A DNA stretch of 64,000 bases, from positions 1,541,552 to 1,605,551 of the forward strand of contig CBDBKE010000004.1 in NCBI GenBank assembly GCA_965206645.1. Direction: 5' to 3'. The notes under the pieces were generated by a model, which was not told where the DNA came from, made no database searches, and worked only from the letters and a program-made list of their open reading frames with translations. Of the stretch, positions 9,196-17,926 are shown piece after piece. Source of the stretch: Terriglobia bacterium (GTDB lineage Bacteria; Acidobacteriota; Terriglobia; JAJPHL01; JAPKYU01). Position 1 is the stretch's first letter; each line of letters opens with the position of its first letter. The translations under genes and the position numbers were made by a program.

Positions 9196-10164
9196 TTAGA
9201 CTGTCTCCACCACCTTCACGCGGTCAGAAACCCACGTCTCGAAGCCGTCGATCGTGGCTCCGATTGAGCCGCTTGTCTTGGGCAGGTCTTTCAGTTCCAT
9301 CAACCTGTCCGAGATTTCCTCGACACTGCCGTACTTCCTTATGATCCTCATGTCCACATTGATAATTGCGGCCTCGATCAGCTTGATTTCCGCCTGCACG
9401 TTCGGGTCGTTCCGGCTCGGTCCATCTGCCCGCTGACTGCTCTGCTCACCCCCTCGGCTGCTCCACGTCTTTAGCGCCGCTTCGGCCCGGATTGTGGCTT
9501 TGTAGTCCGCTCCGATTACGACGGCGCGGACCTCGATGCCTTGCAACCGCAAAGCCTTCCAAAGCCACTCATGCGAGTCGCCCCACGATCGCAACTCGGT
9601 ATCGGTATCTTTGCCCGGATCGACGTAGACGAACGATGAGGATTTAGCATCGCAAGCGATAGGCAGTTTCAGGGCAAAGTATCGGGTTTGTGTCCCCACG
9701 GCTCCCTGATAGACCCGCTTGGGCAAGCGCCTGCGGTCGATGCCCAGTAAATCGAAGAAAGCGACCTTTTCCTGCTCGGTGGGCAGCCAAGGAAGCTCCG
9801 GGTTCTCCAGAACATAGTCGAGCGAGAGCAACCGCCGTAGCATGACGGAATCATCCCCCTCTCGGCGGTGCCGGACGTTCTCAATTCCCAGCTTGCGGTA
9901 AATCTCTTTGTTGGATATTCGGACCGCCTTCGGTCCACCGCGTCTGTTAGGAAGAGCGTCCTCTATGGCAAGCCTGCGCTCCACCATGTCGCGCACAAAT
10001 CGCAATGCTCGCTTTCGATCCGACACGGCATCGAAGAAGTGGCAGAATTGCGCCCTCGTGAACACGCCGCTATGCAGACAGACCAGGGCGATCCACTCCG
10101 CTTCGCGGCCCTTCCAGCCGAACGACTTCAGGGCTTTTTCTCGATCATGGAGATGTTTAATCAT
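9196..10164 (-). CDS. Replication-relaxation family protein (PF13814-like), a possible non-canonical relaxase or mobilisation protein
   Basis: The N-terminus LHDREKALKSFGWKGREAEWIALVCLHSGVFTRAQFCHFF fits the L-x-RD...L...R....T..Q...FF winged-helix pattern of this family. Context: between T4CP and trbF. Confidence 0.45.
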   Translation of the reverse strand: MIKHLHDREKALKSFGWKGREAEWIALVCLHSGVFTRAQFCHFFDAVSDRKRALRFVRDMVERRLAIEDALPNRRGGPKAVRISNKEIYRKLGIENVRHRREGDDSVMLRRLLSLDYVLENPELPWLPTEQEKVAFFDLLGIDRRRLPKRVYQGAVGTQTRYFALKLPIACDAKSSSFVYVDPGKDTDTELRSWGDSHEWLWKALRLQGIEVRAVVIGADYKATIRAEAALKTWSSRGGEQSSQRADGPSRNDPNVQAEIKLIEAAIINVDMRIIRKYGSVEEISDRLMELKDLPKTSGSIGATIDGFETWVSDRVKVVETV

Positions 10165-10166
10165 TG

Positions 10167-10829
10167 CTACTCGCCGGTCACTAAAGCCCGGTCGCCTCGC
10201 AGGTAGGTGACAATGATTCCCATAGGGTTGAAAACCATCAATTCGGTTGGAATTTCATCCAGGAACATGAACTGCATGGAGACTGTCCAGCGTTCGCGCT
10301 GGCTCTCGACCGCATTCACCAGGCGCACCAGGTCGAAGTCGGCGGTGGCGCCGTGGGGTTCCTGTTGGTTGGCCTGAATCCGCAAGACCACGCGCTCGAC
10401 CTGGAGCTCTTCTCTGGTGACTCCTGCCGCCAGCATGGCGATATTCTGGCCTTCGGCGCGGAAAGCCTCGTTGGCTAGTCCGGTGGTCAAAAAGCGTAGG
10501 CTGCGGGACCACGCTTGTTCGACCGTAGCCCGCCGCCGGGAGTAGTAGTCGTCGATGAAGCGATTCAGAAAATACTTGGTGGTGGGGTCCAGCGGATCGG
10601 CCTGGGCCTCGACCGTCTCATAGGCCAGCGCCTCGGCCCGGCCTACCTCGTCCACGCGGACGACGATCGGTCGCGGCGCTTCAACCGACGACAGCCGGAT
10701 GATGTTGACTACCAGCAGCAAACAGAGTCCTGCCAAACCCATCGACAGGACGCGCAAGTGCCGGTTGGAGTGGATCGCCTCGCCCCAAATCTCGGCGTAG
10801 GTCTTTGCGGTTTCGTTCTCTTTGCTCAT
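10167..10829 (-). CDS. trbF: Conjugal transfer protein TrbF (VirB8-like)
   Basis: N-terminal TM then an NTF2-like domain. The start at 10829 overlaps the trbL stop (TAATG) with a GGAGGG RBS. The longer ORF to 11021 is an artefact. Confidence 0.7.
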   Translation of the reverse strand: MSKENETAKTYAEIWGEAIHSNRHLRVLSMGLAGLCLLLVVNIIRLSSVEAPRPIVVRVDEVGRAEALAYETVEAQADPLDPTTKYFLNRFIDDYYSRRRATVEQAWSRSLRFLTTGLANEAFRAEGQNIAMLAAGVTREELQVERVVLRIQANQQEPHGATADFDLVRLVNAVESQRERWTVSMQFMFLDEIPTELMVFNPMGIIVTYLRGDRALVTGE

Positions 10830-11827
10830 TACAACCCTCCTTTTGCCGCCTTCGCTGCGCCACCGGCAGCGGCTCCGGTGCCGCCCGCCGCCGCCATTGC
10901 CGCTCCCGTGATCCCGGAGCTGGTGACGGCGCTGCCGGTGACCAGCATGGAAGCCAGCTCGCCGACCTTGAGGGATGCCAGAATGCCGGCCACGAACAGC
11001 GGCAGGATAATCAGCACCCATCCTCCCATTACGGTTATGTCGAAGCTGATGACCTGGTTGGAGAAGGTAGTCACATAGCCCAGCGCCACGCCCATGAACA
11101 CCCGCATGACGGCTCCGGCCAGTGCGCCGTAGAGGCTGAAAACGATCAAGGATCGGAACCAGCCCCAGAACAGAAACGACATAGGCTCAAACAACAACCA
11201 GGGAATGAACAGCGGTCCTAAAAAGACAAGAATGGCAATCGCGAGCTGCGCCCAAAGCACCTGAGCGTAGGTGATGCAATACAGCAGCACCAGCATAGTC
11301 ATTGCAAAAATCATCATGATGGTGGCGGAGAACAACGTCATGATGGCGGCTCCGCCGGCTGTTATCAGGTCCCAAATCTGGTAGCCGTCCCACGCATCGG
11401 TGATGCGGGTCAAGTGGGTGTTGATCATGTTGGATAACTCGGTCCGCATGGCGGTTCCGACGTCGGCTATAAACATATCCATCAACCAGTTTCCGCCCTC
11501 CACAATCATGCTCGGAAAGGTGTAGGCGTTTGCTGGCACAGGCAGCGGGGTATCGTAGAAGTGCAGCATCACCCACGGAATCCAGAGGCCGATAATGAGC
11601 TTGATTAACTCCCACGGTTGGAAAGAGCCGGACAGGGCGATTTTCACCCCTGTCCAGACAATCATGATGGAGGCAAGCCCGGTCCAGAGCTGTTCTCCGG
11701 TAGACAGCAAAAGGGGGCCGCTGCCCCCTATGATGTTGTTCATTACTTGGGTCAGGAGACTTTCAAAGTTGTCGAGGTCTCCTGCCGGGATGTTGGTCGG
11801 AACAACTGGATCAATCTGTAATTGCAT
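10829..11827 (-). CDS. trbL: Conjugal transfer protein TrbL (VirB6-like)
   Basis: Polytopic membrane protein with a Gly/Ala-rich C-terminal tail (AAMAAAGGTGAAAGGAAKAAKGG), typical of TrbL. Confidence 0.8.
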   Translation of the reverse strand: MQLQIDPVVPTNIPAGDLDNFESLLTQVMNNIIGGSGPLLLSTGEQLWTGLASIMIVWTGVKIALSGSFQPWELIKLIIGLWIPWVMLHFYDTPLPVPANAYTFPSMIVEGGNWLMDMFIADVGTAMRTELSNMINTHLTRITDAWDGYQIWDLITAGGAAIMTLFSATIMMIFAMTMLVLLYCITYAQVLWAQLAIAILVFLGPLFIPWLLFEPMSFLFWGWFRSLIVFSLYGALAGAVMRVFMGVALGYVTTFSNQVISFDITVMGGWVLIILPLFVAGILASLKVGELASMLVTGSAVTSSGITGAAMAAAGGTGAAAGGAAKAAKGGL

Positions 11828-11871
11828 TGCTGTCTACCTCATTCTGCGGACCGGACTGCCGTCGAACGGAT

Positions 11872-12240
11872 TTACGGGGCGTACATGGGATGCAGTTGCA
11901 CTTTGAGACTGTCTCCGCCGTCGCTGCGTGAAGAAATCCCGGCAATCCGTTCGTTGAATACAATCTGCCCTTGCTGCCGATCGGCGAGCTGCGCTGCTAC
12001 GCGCTCCCGCCGGCGGCGTTCGGCTTCTAGTTCTTCCGCCGCTTGCTGCGCGGCCTGGAAGGCTTGCAACTGCGCCATTGCAGCGGTCAACTGTCCCTGA
12101 GTGACCATGCCGGCAACCTGGGCCTGGCCTAACGCGGTGCCGGATACGTTGCTGTTAGACCGCAGTCCGTTGTAGGAATCGAGAGCGGATTTGATCGCCG
12201 CCGACGCCTCTGCGGCGGCATCGGAGACGGCGTAATTTTG
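11872..12240 (-). pseudogene. trbJ: TrbJ-like conjugal transfer protein, C-terminal fragment. The N-terminus with its signal peptide is missing
   Basis: Gln/Ala-rich coiled-coil (QLTAAMAQLQAFQAAQQAAEELEAERRR). The in-frame upstream stretch NYAVSDAAAEASAAIKSALDSYNGL... ends abruptly at ~12240. Confidence 0.45.
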
Positions 12241-12349
12241 GCAGGGGGCATGTCAAGAATTTTTTCCGAAATGTGCCAGGAAAAAACAGGCCACTAGGGG
12301 GGACGCGGGGGTAGGGGCAGTAGGCATAGGTACCGCAATGTTTGCCGCC

Positions 12350-12530
12350 GCACTACGAGATGAACGGCGAATCTGGGGGACGGCCGGCGAATCCGGCCCG
12401 GTTACTGGCCGGTCAAGGAGGTTACCGGTCGGTCAAGAAATAGCGCTCGTCTGTGTGGAATCTCCTGGACTCCGTGAATATCCGAATCGCCAATTTTGTA
12501 GGCCGCCCGATTTGTAGGCCGCCCGACGGG
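12350..12530. repeat. Three successive pairs of short tandem direct repeats: GGCGAATC x2, GTTACyGGyCGGTCAAG x2, TTTGTAGGCCGCCCGA x2
   Basis: Read directly. Lies at the junction between the truncated trbJ and the 3' end of the secretin gene. Confidence 0.5.
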
Positions 12531-12593
12531 CTTTGAGGTTTTCCGTGTCCGCGACTGGATCGGCGGCCGCCCATGAAATTCCGCCGACCGGCC

Positions 12594-14870
12594 TTACTCG
12601 CTCTCCTGTCTGAGCGCCTTGCGCAATTCCTTCAATTTGTCGTGGAACTCCTTGGTGGCCATCTTGGCCTCGCCCATGTCCTTGATCACCCTGGGCGTGA
12701 GCAGGATGATCAGCTCGTTGCGGCTGGTGGAATCGCGGGTGGTGCCGAACAATAGCCCCAAGCCGGGAATGCGCCCTAACAGCGGCACTCGATTGGTGGA
12801 GACGATCCGGGTTTCCGAGATGATGCCGCCCAGGGCAATGGTCTCCCCGTCCTGCACCGTCACCTGAGTGGACACGGAACGCTTCTGGATCGAAGTCAGA
12901 GTACCGCTGCTGGTCGGCACGCTGACTTCCTGGTCGATACGCAACGTCACCAACCCGCTGGGATTGATGCGCGGTGTCACCGACAGGATCACGCCGGTAT
13001 CCCGCCGCTGGAAGGAACTGACAGGTGAGATGGTCCCGAAGGCTACGCCCTGCTGAGTCTGGAGGGGAATCTCCTGTCCTACCTGGATGCGCGCCTCGGT
13101 GTTATTGCTGGCCAAAAGCGTGGGCGCGGAAAGCACCCGTGTGCGTCCCCGGTTCTCCTGGGCATTCAGGAACAGGAACAACTCGCGGCTGCGGCCTATT
13201 AAGGTGCCCACCGAAGCGCTCAGGCCGGCGTTAGGAAACGTCTCCGTCCCGAAAGCGCTGAATTGCCCAACGGGATTCCGGGAGGCGCTGCTGCGCCGCT
13301 GGAGGAACGCTTCGACCCCGAAGGACAGCGCCCCCGATAAGGCGACCTCGTACACCTTGGCTTCAATGAGCACCTGCCGGGGCGCCACGTCCAGCCCCTT
13401 CATGGTCTCAAGGATGACTTCGTAGTCCTGCGGGGTAGCCTGGACGACCAGGGTATTGTTGATGGGGTCCGGAACAATGCGCGCCGGACTCTGCAACATT
13501 CCGCCCGGCACAGCAGCTATGAAGATTTGCCTGGAACCCCGGTACATAGAACCCCGCGATGTTTGGCCCACCCCGCCGACAGGAAACGACACACCTCCGG
13601 GCGTCATTCCTCCACCAGCCGCTCCCATCCCGCCGGGCGGTATCATCCCCGGCGCTGTCATCCCGGGCGCTGTCATCCCGGGCGCCGACGCTCCTGTTGC
13701 CTCCGCACCCATCATCGGCCGAGCTGCTCCGTAAAGGCCCGCCAATACGAAAGCCAACTCCCCCGCCGCCCTGTTTTCCACCTTGTAGGCAAAGTTCTGC
13801 AGTCCCCCACGGCGCACGGGCTTGTCCAGCTTCTCAATCCACTGCTGCACTTCCGAGTACACCTCGGAATTCGGAGTCGCCACCAGGATGGAGTTGATTC
13901 GCTCCAGTGCAATAAACCGCACCGCCGAGCCTTCCTTCGAGAGGGCATACGCCTTGAAGATTTCCTCCAGGTCCTTGACCAGGCTGCTGGCCTGGCTGTT
14001 CTCGATGGCAAACAACCGGACCCGCTGCTGCTCCAGCGCCGAGGTGTCAAACAGGTTCACCATCCCCATTAGCCGCTTCAGGCTGCGGCTGGTGTCGGTG
14101 ATGAGCAGGATGTTGCCCGGCTCGTGGGTCACGATGTGGCCCGCTTCCGACAGGTAGCTGCTCAGGATTTTCGACATATCCGCGGCGGTGACGAAGCTGA
14201 GGGCGACCACGTTCATCACCATGCGGTCATCAGGCGGCAGGCTGGCTCCAGTGGGATCCTGGGTGAGCGGTAGCGGAACACGCGGCGCTCCCTTCAGGGG
14301 CACGATCCGCCAGAAGCTGCCGCTCTGGACGGCCGAGGCCCCGTTGGCCCGCAGGATGGCCTGCAGCAGGGGCAGCAGGTCCTCATGACTCAGGTTGCCC
14401 AGGGTGTTGATGTTCACCACACCCTTCACCCCAGGGTCCACGACATAGTTCATCTTGAGTTCGGCGGCAATGATTCCAATCACCTGAAGCAGGTTGGCAT
14501 TCTCCAGGTGGAGGCTGATGCGCGCCCCAGCTCGCGTCTTCCCCGTTGCCGGTGCCGCTTCCGCCTCCTGCGCGGGAGGCTCTGCCGATGGCTGGTCTTG
14601 AGGCTGGGCAGTCGGTTGTTGCGGTTCCTGAGCCTGAGGCTCTGTCGGTTCCCCCTGCGCTGGCGGCTGGACCGGTTGCTCGGTTTGAGACTGCGCAGGT
14701 GGTTGCGCGGGTTCCTGGACCGGCGCGGCCTTCCTCGGAGTGCTGCCTGCGGCGACCGTCGACATCAGCCCCCAAACTGCTAAAACTAGGACGGCGCTAC
14801 CCAGTTGGCCTCTCAGTACACCGGATGTGAAATTCCGCATCCTCTTCGTGGTTCGTTTTATTCGGCTCAT
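12594..14870 (-). CDS. gspD: Type II secretion system secretin GspD
   Basis: N0/N1 domains and a secretin C-domain (VLSAPTLLASNNTEARIQVGQEIP...ELIILLTPRVI). Signal peptide present. Last gene of the gsp operon. Confidence 0.9.
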   Translation of the reverse strand: MSRIKRTTKRMRNFTSGVLRGQLGSAVLVLAVWGLMSTVAAGSTPRKAAPVQEPAQPPAQSQTEQPVQPPAQGEPTEPQAQEPQQPTAQPQDQPSAEPPAQEAEAAPATGKTRAGARISLHLENANLLQVIGIIAAELKMNYVVDPGVKGVVNINTLGNLSHEDLLPLLQAILRANGASAVQSGSFWRIVPLKGAPRVPLPLTQDPTGASLPPDDRMVMNVVALSFVTAADMSKILSSYLSEAGHIVTHEPGNILLITDTSRSLKRLMGMVNLFDTSALEQQRVRLFAIENSQASSLVKDLEEIFKAYALSKEGSAVRFIALERINSILVATPNSEVYSEVQQWIEKLDKPVRRGGLQNFAYKVENRAAGELAFVLAGLYGAARPMMGAEATGASAPGMTAPGMTAPGMIPPGGMGAAGGGMTPGGVSFPVGGVGQTSRGSMYRGSRQIFIAAVPGGMLQSPARIVPDPINNTLVVQATPQDYEVILETMKGLDVAPRQVLIEAKVYEVALSGALSFGVEAFLQRRSSASRNPVGQFSAFGTETFPNAGLSASVGTLIGRSRELFLFLNAQENRGRTRVLSAPTLLASNNTEARIQVGQEIPLQTQQGVAFGTISPVSSFQRRDTGVILSVTPRINPSGLVTLRIDQEVSVPTSSGTLTSIQKRSVSTQVTVQDGETIALGGIISETRIVSTNRVPLLGRIPGLGLLFGTTRDSTSRNELIILLTPRVIKDMGEAKMATKEFHDKLKELRKALRQESE

Positions 14871-14883
14871 CTCAGATTCTGCC

Positions 14884-15681
14884 TCATTTGGTTTTCTGTG
14901 CCGCCGGGAGATCCTCATACCAGGTCTGTACACCAAATGGCGTTACCCGGTCGTATCTCTTCCGGTTACCTTCGACGGTGACGGTTAAATAGCGATCCCC
15001 GGTGGAGGAGCCGGTCGCTGGGGCGACAGCGGGAGCGGTGGCGGCTCCTGGGGTGGGTGTAGACGCCGGCCCTGCAGAAGAAGCTGAAGGGGCAGCCGGA
15101 ACAGCGGTCAACACCTGGTCGGCCGCGGTGCCGGCCGGGCGGGCGGGCCGGACTGCGGCCCGCCCGGCGGCCTGGCGCACGTTTTCGGCTGACTCGTAGA
15201 CATCAATGGTAGTCTTTTGGCCCTCGAATTCGATGACCACCTGGTGCTCGGCGATTTCCGCTACGCGATAGCCACCGATTTCATCGCCCACCTTGAGCCG
15301 GCGGAATGTGGCCTGCCTGGCCTGTTGCGGCTCGGCCATCAGGGCCACCGGACCGCTGCCGAGGTTCAAGGTTCCAATCACCAAGGGGACCGGCGGCCGG
15401 ACCTTGGATACGCTTGCCAACGCCTGGTCGTTATTGCGGTCGGGGCTGAACAGGTTGCGGGTGAGCAGCACGGAGTAGCTGTCCGGGACAGCCGCCAGTC
15501 CAGCTTCAGCCATGCCTGCTTTGGACACACCTGGCCCGGGGGTGGCTGCTGAGGTCACAAACTGCTTGTAGCGGGCATGATTGCTCTGCCAGGCATTGTG
15601 GATGGCGGCGGCAACCCACATCGCCAGCGTCAAGAGGGCTAGGTTGAGATAGGTTATCGGTTTGCGCATGCTTTCTCTCAC
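14884..15681 (-). CDS. gspC: GspC/PilP-like secretin-interacting protein
   Basis: N-terminal TM (LNLALLTLAMWVAAAI), a Pro/Ala linker, and a beta-rich HR-like segment VGDEIGGYRVAEIAEHQVVIEFEGQKTTIDV. Sits immediately upstream of the secretin. Confidence 0.55.
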   Translation of the reverse strand: MRESMRKPITYLNLALLTLAMWVAAAIHNAWQSNHARYKQFVTSAATPGPGVSKAGMAEAGLAAVPDSYSVLLTRNLFSPDRNNDQALASVSKVRPPVPLVIGTLNLGSGPVALMAEPQQARQATFRRLKVGDEIGGYRVAEIAEHQVVIEFEGQKTTIDVYESAENVRQAAGRAAVRPARPAGTAADQVLTAVPAAPSASSAGPASTPTPGAATAPAVAPATGSSTGDRYLTVTVEGNRKRYDRVTPFGVQTWYEDLPAAQKTK

Positions 15682-16340
15682 GCTTTGGGAGTTGGCGCGG
15701 GCTCGGCGAACATCAACCCGCGAATCACCATTCGCACCGCCACCATCTTTTGCGGCTTTTGTGGTTTTTGTGGCCGGCCGGGCCGCGAGGGCAGCGCCCT
15801 AATGGAGAGCTGATCCAGCGCCAGCACCTTGCGACTGGCGTGGGCAGCCAGCAGAAAACTCGTGAGCTGGTCCAGCCTGCATTGGAACGACAGCGACAAG
15901 GGCACGACGTTATAGCTCGCCCCGGCGACCTTGAGAACCCGCACCGGCCGGAAGGCGGCGTTGCGCATTTCCATGCCCTGCTTCGCCATCAGTTGCTTGA
16001 TCACTTCCTGCAACTCGGCCGCAGCCAGGGCCGACGTGCTGCTGCTCAGCAGGCCTTTCTCGGCTTCAGCCAGACGAGCCTGCATTTCCTGAAACTCCTT
16101 TTTCTGATCTGCGGCCAGGGCTACAAGTCGCCGGTATTTGCGCAGGGTCTTCTCCTTCAGTGGCAGCGAGGCACGGAGCTTCTCGGCGGGGTCCATGACG
16201 GGCAAGACAAGCAAATCCAGCAGCAGGAACAGAGCAGTGGCAGCTGCCAGCAAGAGCAGAGCCCGCTGGTCTCGAGCGCTCAAAGAACGCAAGAAAGACG
16301 CAGCTGTCGCTGGCTCCCTCTTCCTGCCTCCGTTAGTCAT
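15678..16340 (-). CDS. gspM: GspM/PilO-like inner-membrane assembly protein
   Basis: Single TM followed by a coiled coil (KKEFQEMQARLAEAEK) and a periplasmic domain. Position after gspL. Confidence 0.55.
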   Translation of the reverse strand: MTNGGRKREPATAASFLRSLSARDQRALLLLAAATALFLLLDLLVLPVMDPAEKLRASLPLKEKTLRKYRRLVALAADQKKEFQEMQARLAEAEKGLLSSSTSALAAAELQEVIKQLMAKQGMEMRNAAFRPVRVLKVAGASYNVVPLSLSFQCRLDQLTSFLLAAHASRKVLALDQLSIRALPSRPGRPQKPQKPQKMVAVRMVIRGLMFAEPAPTPKA

Positions 16341-17883
16341 GACTGGCCACCTCCTCCGCTCGTGCCGGCGTCTCCCGCAACCGCATCCGGATCTGGAAGG
16401 CCTCCCGCCCTTGTTTGCTCTTGGTGATCGCGGTGATGAATTCCGGCTGTTGGAAATGCGGCGACTGATTGATGGCCTGTAGAATGCCGGAAGCGGATTG
16501 GGCTTGCCCGGAGGCCGTCACCTGGTTATCCTCAAACTGGAGTGTTTGCAGCCAGGCCGCATCGGGAACCAGGCGAGTCAGTTCCTTCCACGCCTCGAGC
16601 CTGAGCGCGATATCCTGCCGCTGGCCCTGTAGCAGATCCCATTCCAACAACAGCGCCTGGTGGCGGGAATTCAGCTGTTCCAGACGCTCCACCTGGGGCT
16701 GCAGCTTGCTGATCTCCGAGTTCAACCAGGAGGAATAGAAGCGGTCCTGCACCCATGTGGTTGCGAGCCAGGCAGCGCCGAGCAACAGCACAAGTACCAC
16801 CAACGCATAGGCCGAGGTATGTGTCCAGCGGGAGCGCCAGTGGGAACGCCAGTGAGAGCGGTAGCGCTTCTCCGCCGGCAGCAGATTCCAGCGCAGGCCA
16901 GCTGGGGGAGCCATCAACGGGAGGCGGAGCTCGAGGCCCGGCAAGGCCGCTGCGTAAGCCACAAGATGCTCCTTCAGCCGGAACTCTGCCGGCCCCGCCT
17001 CGGGGGTGACCACGGGAATACCCTCTGCCGGGGACCCGCTCGACGGCGCAGAGTCTCTCACCGCCGCCTGTTCTCTGACTTGCTGTTCTCTGATTTCGGG
17101 TTCCGGCGCGATGTCTTCGCCGCTTTCCAGCATCTGCGGGCTATCCTGGGGATCGAGTCGCAACTCGGCCGCGCAAAGCTCCACTTCGCGCTGCAACGAG
17201 GACCCGGCCGCAACTTCTTTGGAATAGAACGCGCCATCGGGCGCGACCCCCAGCAGTTCCACCACCTGCCCGCAGTGATCCAGCAACACCAACGGGCGGC
17301 GCAGTCCAGGCATGTTCCGGGATTGATTCAAGGAAGCCCCGCGCAGCGCCTGGTACAACACAGCCGTGGAGAGGGTAAAGCCGGCCACGTCCACGCCCGC
17401 CTGGCCGAACCACTGGTAGAGCTGATCGAGCGCACTCTTCTCCACAAGCGCCACAGCCACCCGCAGCCGCCTTCCGAGGCCCTCCTCCGAGGCGCCGGTC
17501 CCATTGCCCGCGCCGCGCGCAGGCGATTCGGGCAGCAGCGCGTAGTCGAAATAGACGCTGCCTTCCTCGAAGGGGTGGAGCTGATCTACCTGGTAGGCCA
17601 CCGTCTGGCCCAGTTCTCGCCCAACTTCGGGGGGCAATTCCAGCGTTCGCACCAGGCCGGCTCCGCGCGGGAGCGCCACCAGCGCGCTGGTCGTCAACGC
17701 ATGATTCTCTTCGCGGAAGCGCCGGTACTGCTGGGCCACCTCGGCCACCGGCCGGGTGCGGAAATCCTCAATCCGGAGGAATCCGCTGACGCGCAGGCGA
17801 TGCCCGCGGCCGCGCAGGGAGACGGCTTCCAGGTGACTCCCCCGAATCGCAATGCCGATGCTGGTCCCCAGGTGGACGGTCAT
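16333..17883 (-). CDS. gspL: GspL-like protein: cytoplasmic actin-like (PilM-like) domain, TM, then a PilN-like periplasmic coiled-coil domain
   Basis: 516 aa. The N-terminus is ATPase-fold-like, followed by TM YALVVLVLLLGAAWLATTWV and a C-terminal coiled coil. Operon position matches gspL. Confidence 0.6.
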   Translation of the reverse strand: MTVHLGTSIGIAIRGSHLEAVSLRGRGHRLRVSGFLRIEDFRTRPVAEVAQQYRRFREENHALTTSALVALPRGAGLVRTLELPPEVGRELGQTVAYQVDQLHPFEEGSVYFDYALLPESPARGAGNGTGASEEGLGRRLRVAVALVEKSALDQLYQWFGQAGVDVAGFTLSTAVLYQALRGASLNQSRNMPGLRRPLVLLDHCGQVVELLGVAPDGAFYSKEVAAGSSLQREVELCAAELRLDPQDSPQMLESGEDIAPEPEIREQQVREQAAVRDSAPSSGSPAEGIPVVTPEAGPAEFRLKEHLVAYAAALPGLELRLPLMAPPAGLRWNLLPAEKRYRSHWRSHWRSRWTHTSAYALVVLVLLLGAAWLATTWVQDRFYSSWLNSEISKLQPQVERLEQLNSRHQALLLEWDLLQGQRQDIALRLEAWKELTRLVPDAAWLQTLQFEDNQVTASGQAQSASGILQAINQSPHFQQPEFITAITKSKQGREAFQIRMRLRETPARAEEVASHD

Positions 17884-17926
17884 TTCCGATACGCTCGCTT
17901 CTTCAAGTCCTCGTTCATAGCCCAGT

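Noticed and set aside
8777-9196. N-terminal 140-aa extension of the traG ORF (start at 9196)
   Set aside because: The extension is translated through homopolymer tracts and inverted repeats of the putative oriT region. A strong GGAGG-ATG start exists at 8776, matching normal T4CP length.
10830-11021. Upstream extension of trbF ORF (Gly/Arg/His-rich 64 aa)
   Set aside because: It overlaps the trbL 3' end in another frame. The TAATG overlap plus GGAGGG RBS at 10829 gives a canonical TrbF.
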